DNA of 63,972 bases, the filler included, from Chrysochromulina tobinii (Eukaryota), in the NCBI GenBank assembly GCA_001275005.1. It is 6 parts of 6 records of this genome, joined end to end, with 100 filler letters (N's around TTAATTAATTAA, not from the genome) between each part and the next. Parts side by side here need not be neighbours in the genome. Positions count along the whole stretch, not along the records: positions 61,994 to 63,972 come from JWZX01000824.1; 5 more parts are not named here. The stretch is one strand, 5' to 3'. Below, piece after piece: positions 62,014 to 63,972 of this stretch (position 1 is its first letter; every line of letters starts with the position of its first letter). A program made the translations under genes and the position numbers. The notes under the pieces are model-generated. The model worked only from the letters and a program-made list of their open reading frames with translations, was not told the DNA's origin and ran no database searches.

Positions 62014-63972
62014 ATGCTCTATAAGCCCTCCACACTCAAGCTCATCAGTGGTAGCCGACGGACGGGGATCACCGGGGAAACAAAAGTGCCTGGTGCTCCG
62101 CACGAACCCGCCAAATCCTGCAGCCCTACGCCCTCGACCAGACCTCACGACCCGAACCGCAACTACAAGCCATCTTCGCACCAGCAGAAGCGCACGGAAG
62201 AGAGCTTTCTGCAAGTCTCTTCAGCGCCGATATCGCCGAAAAACTCGACGGATGCGACGACATCTACGAACGCTGCGGTCTCCGCAGCTCCGCAGGCAAA
62301 GCAGACGACGACTTTTGGAATCAACACCGTGCCCCGTCTCCCGCCGTACGCACTTCCCGAACAGTGCGGCGGTCGAAGCGCGGAGGGGCTGGGCTGCTTT
62401 GCGTCTCACCTGACACACGCGACGACCGCCAAGACGACATTTACGAACGCTGCGGTCACCGCAGCAGCTTCGCAGATGGCAGGGCAGCCGAAGCTCGCCA
62501 CGTCGCTGCACGCGACGCGCACGGACGAGAGCATCAAGCGCAGCACCGCTCCGCCGACCATCATCACCGACTCCGCGCGCTCGAGCGCGTTCTGGGCGAA
62601 GAACACAATCGCCAAGACGCACGCTGCAGCTACTGCAGCGCCGCAGGCAGCCGAGCCGCCAGGCACCGCCACGTCGCGCGCGGTGCGCACGATGGAGATG
62701 AGCCAGCGCAGCACCACCTCGCCGACCACGGTCATCATCAACGGCGACATGGATCTCTTCACGGGGAAGCCCGAGCGCGTCGACAAGGACGGCGACTGCT
62801 TTTTCTCATCGCTCGCGATAATCGTGCAGAGCAACAAGAAGCAAGTGCGCGAAAAAACCTCGGCCTGGCTCAAAGCCGACCCCAACACCCAACTCCAATC
62901 ATGCACCCTGTCTGAGCATGTAATGTACGAGACGGGCGAGGTGTGGTCCGCATACTGCGCCCGCATGCAGCACGAGCATACATGGGCCGGTCTGCCAGAG
63001 CTCGTCGCGGCCTCGCAGGTCTGGCACCGTACCATCCGCGTCTTCGTGAATGTCGGCGACGGACTCTTCAATCTTCGCGCCGTGCTCGGAGAGGAAGGCT
63101 CCTCTACCGCCCCCATCGACCTTGTGCTCAAGTCGGATCACTACGACGTGCTCACCGAGGCGCGCCCGCTGAAGACGACACCGCCCGAGACCATCGCCCA
63201 GGGCAGAACCGTGGAGTCCGAGACGATCATCGACGATAGGGACGAGCGCAAGCCTGACCCCGCAGAGAGCGACCCCATCACCACCCTCACCCTGAAGCTC
63301 AGGGCGCTGGGCAAGCTCAAGGAGCTCGAGCTGTTCTCGAAGACTGCGATGACCAACAAGGAGATCGCCGCGCGCACGGTCCGCAACGAACTCGCCGCGC
63401 GCAAGGAGCTCAAGCAGCTCGAGGAGCGCATGGCGCGAGAGCGGCACGCGATGCGCAAGAAGCTCATCGAGCGTAAGACGTCCGAGCAGCTCACCCCCGA
63501 GCCCGATGAGCACAAGGCGCCCGAGCAGCTTGCCAAGCCTGAAATCAAGCACAAGGAACCTGAGCATTTCACCGAGTCCAAAACCGAGTGCAAGGCGCCC
63601 GAGCAGCTCACCGAGTCCAAGGCCGAGCGCAAGGCGCCCGAGCAGCTCGCCGAGTCCGAGACCGAGCGCAGGGCGCCCGAGCAGCCCACCGACCCTTCCG
63701 AGGCGCCCAAGGACCTCGACGCGCACAGGAAGCCCAAGTACCAGCACGAGAGTCGTAAGGCAAGGGCAGCTCGCGAGATGCGCGAAGAGCTGCAAAGATA
63801 CCGAGTGCACCGAGCACGTGAAGACCTCGCCGCGAGTAAGGTACGCGAGCAAGAGGAACTCCGCCAACGCGAAGATCGTAAGGTACGGCAGACGTGCAAG
63901 GCGCGAGAAAATCGCATTGCCCGCGAAACCCCCGAGGAACGCGCATCCAGGGAGGCACGCGAACTGAGCAAG
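62014..63972 (+). CDS. OTU-family cysteine protease/deubiquitinase domain protein, runs off the window (absent from the ORF track)
   Basis: Manual translation shows no stop from ATG 62014 to the window end. VDKDGDCFFSSLA (Cys codon 62797), WAGLPELVAAS, DHYDVL (His codon 63139), then charged repeats. Confidence 0.8.
   Translation, partial: MLYKPSTLKLISGSRRTGITGETKVPGAPHEPAKSCSPTPSTRPHDPNRNYKPSSHQQKRTEESFLQVSSAPISPKNSTDATTSTNAAVSAAPQAKQTTTFGINTVPRLPPYALPEQCGGRSAEGLGCFASHLTHATTAKTTFTNAAVTAAASQMAGQPKLATSLHATRTDESIKRSTAPPTIITDSARSSAFWAKNTIAKTHAAATAAPQAAEPPGTATSRAVRTMEMSQRSTTSPTTVIINGDMDLFTGKPERVDKDGDCFFSSLAIIVQSNKKQVREKTSAWLKADPNTQLQSCTLSEHVMYETGEVWSAYCARMQHEHTWAGLPELVAASQVWHRTIRVFVNVGDGLFNLRAVLGEEGSSTAPIDLVLKSDHYDVLTEARPLKTTPPETIAQGRTVESETIIDDRDERKPDPAESDPITTLTLKLRALGKLKELELFSKTAMTNKEIAARTVRNELAARKELKQLEERMARERHAMRKKLIERKTSEQLTPEPDEHKAPEQLAKPEIKHKEPEHFTESKTECKAPEQLTESKAERKAPEQLAESETERRAPEQPTDPSEAPKDLDAHRKPKYQHESRKARAAREMREELQRYRVHRAREDLAASKVREQEELRQREDRKVRQTCKARENRIARETPEERASREARELSK
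63483..63690 (+). repeat. 39-bp coding tandem repeat (KAPEQLTESKAER-like) x~5
   Basis: Repeated caaggcgcccgagcagct...gagtcc units. Confidence 0.8.

Noticed and set aside
62040..62070. ...CA-G-TGGTAGCC...ACGGGGATC as an LTR end plus tRNA primer-binding site
   Set aside because: Spacing does not fit a tRNA 3' end I can verify, it lies inside an open frame, and no gag/pol is visible.

Overview
GC-rich, gene-dense eukaryotic nuclear DNA from a flagellated, plastid-bearing alga. Haptophyte-like is an inference from gene content and intron style. The window is not contiguous: six contigs are joined by artificial 100-nt linkers (N-runs around TTAATTAATTAA), so there is no synteny across 20234-20333, 31062-31161, 54419-54518, 56307-56406 or 61894-61993. 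About 30 protein-coding genes are supportable, several only after reconstructing GT-AG introns: CLP1, DusA, uL22m, CSN4, FAM166-like, ABCG, DUF3228, SMYD, EF-hand proteins, PAB, calflagin-like, LPAAT, HIBCH, BFR1/PPI-like, tandem-SET and a P4-ATPase. There is also a LINE remnant. Main items of interest: (1) two track ORFs splice into one G-patch/R3H/FBXL4-like/XTBD gene, an NKRF-like XRN2/helicase adaptor with rearranged domain order; (2) a ~1800-aa protein with two R-S-E ADP-ribosyltransferase domains plus ankyrin repeats, whose duplicated modules are near-identical in one half and diverged in the catalytic half; (3) a NAT9-GT4 glycosyltransferase fusion; (4) an OTU-protease ORF missing from the ORF track, possibly Helitron-like; (5) an intron that appears to have arisen by tandem duplication. 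All family assignments come from motif recognition by eye; no database search was run.
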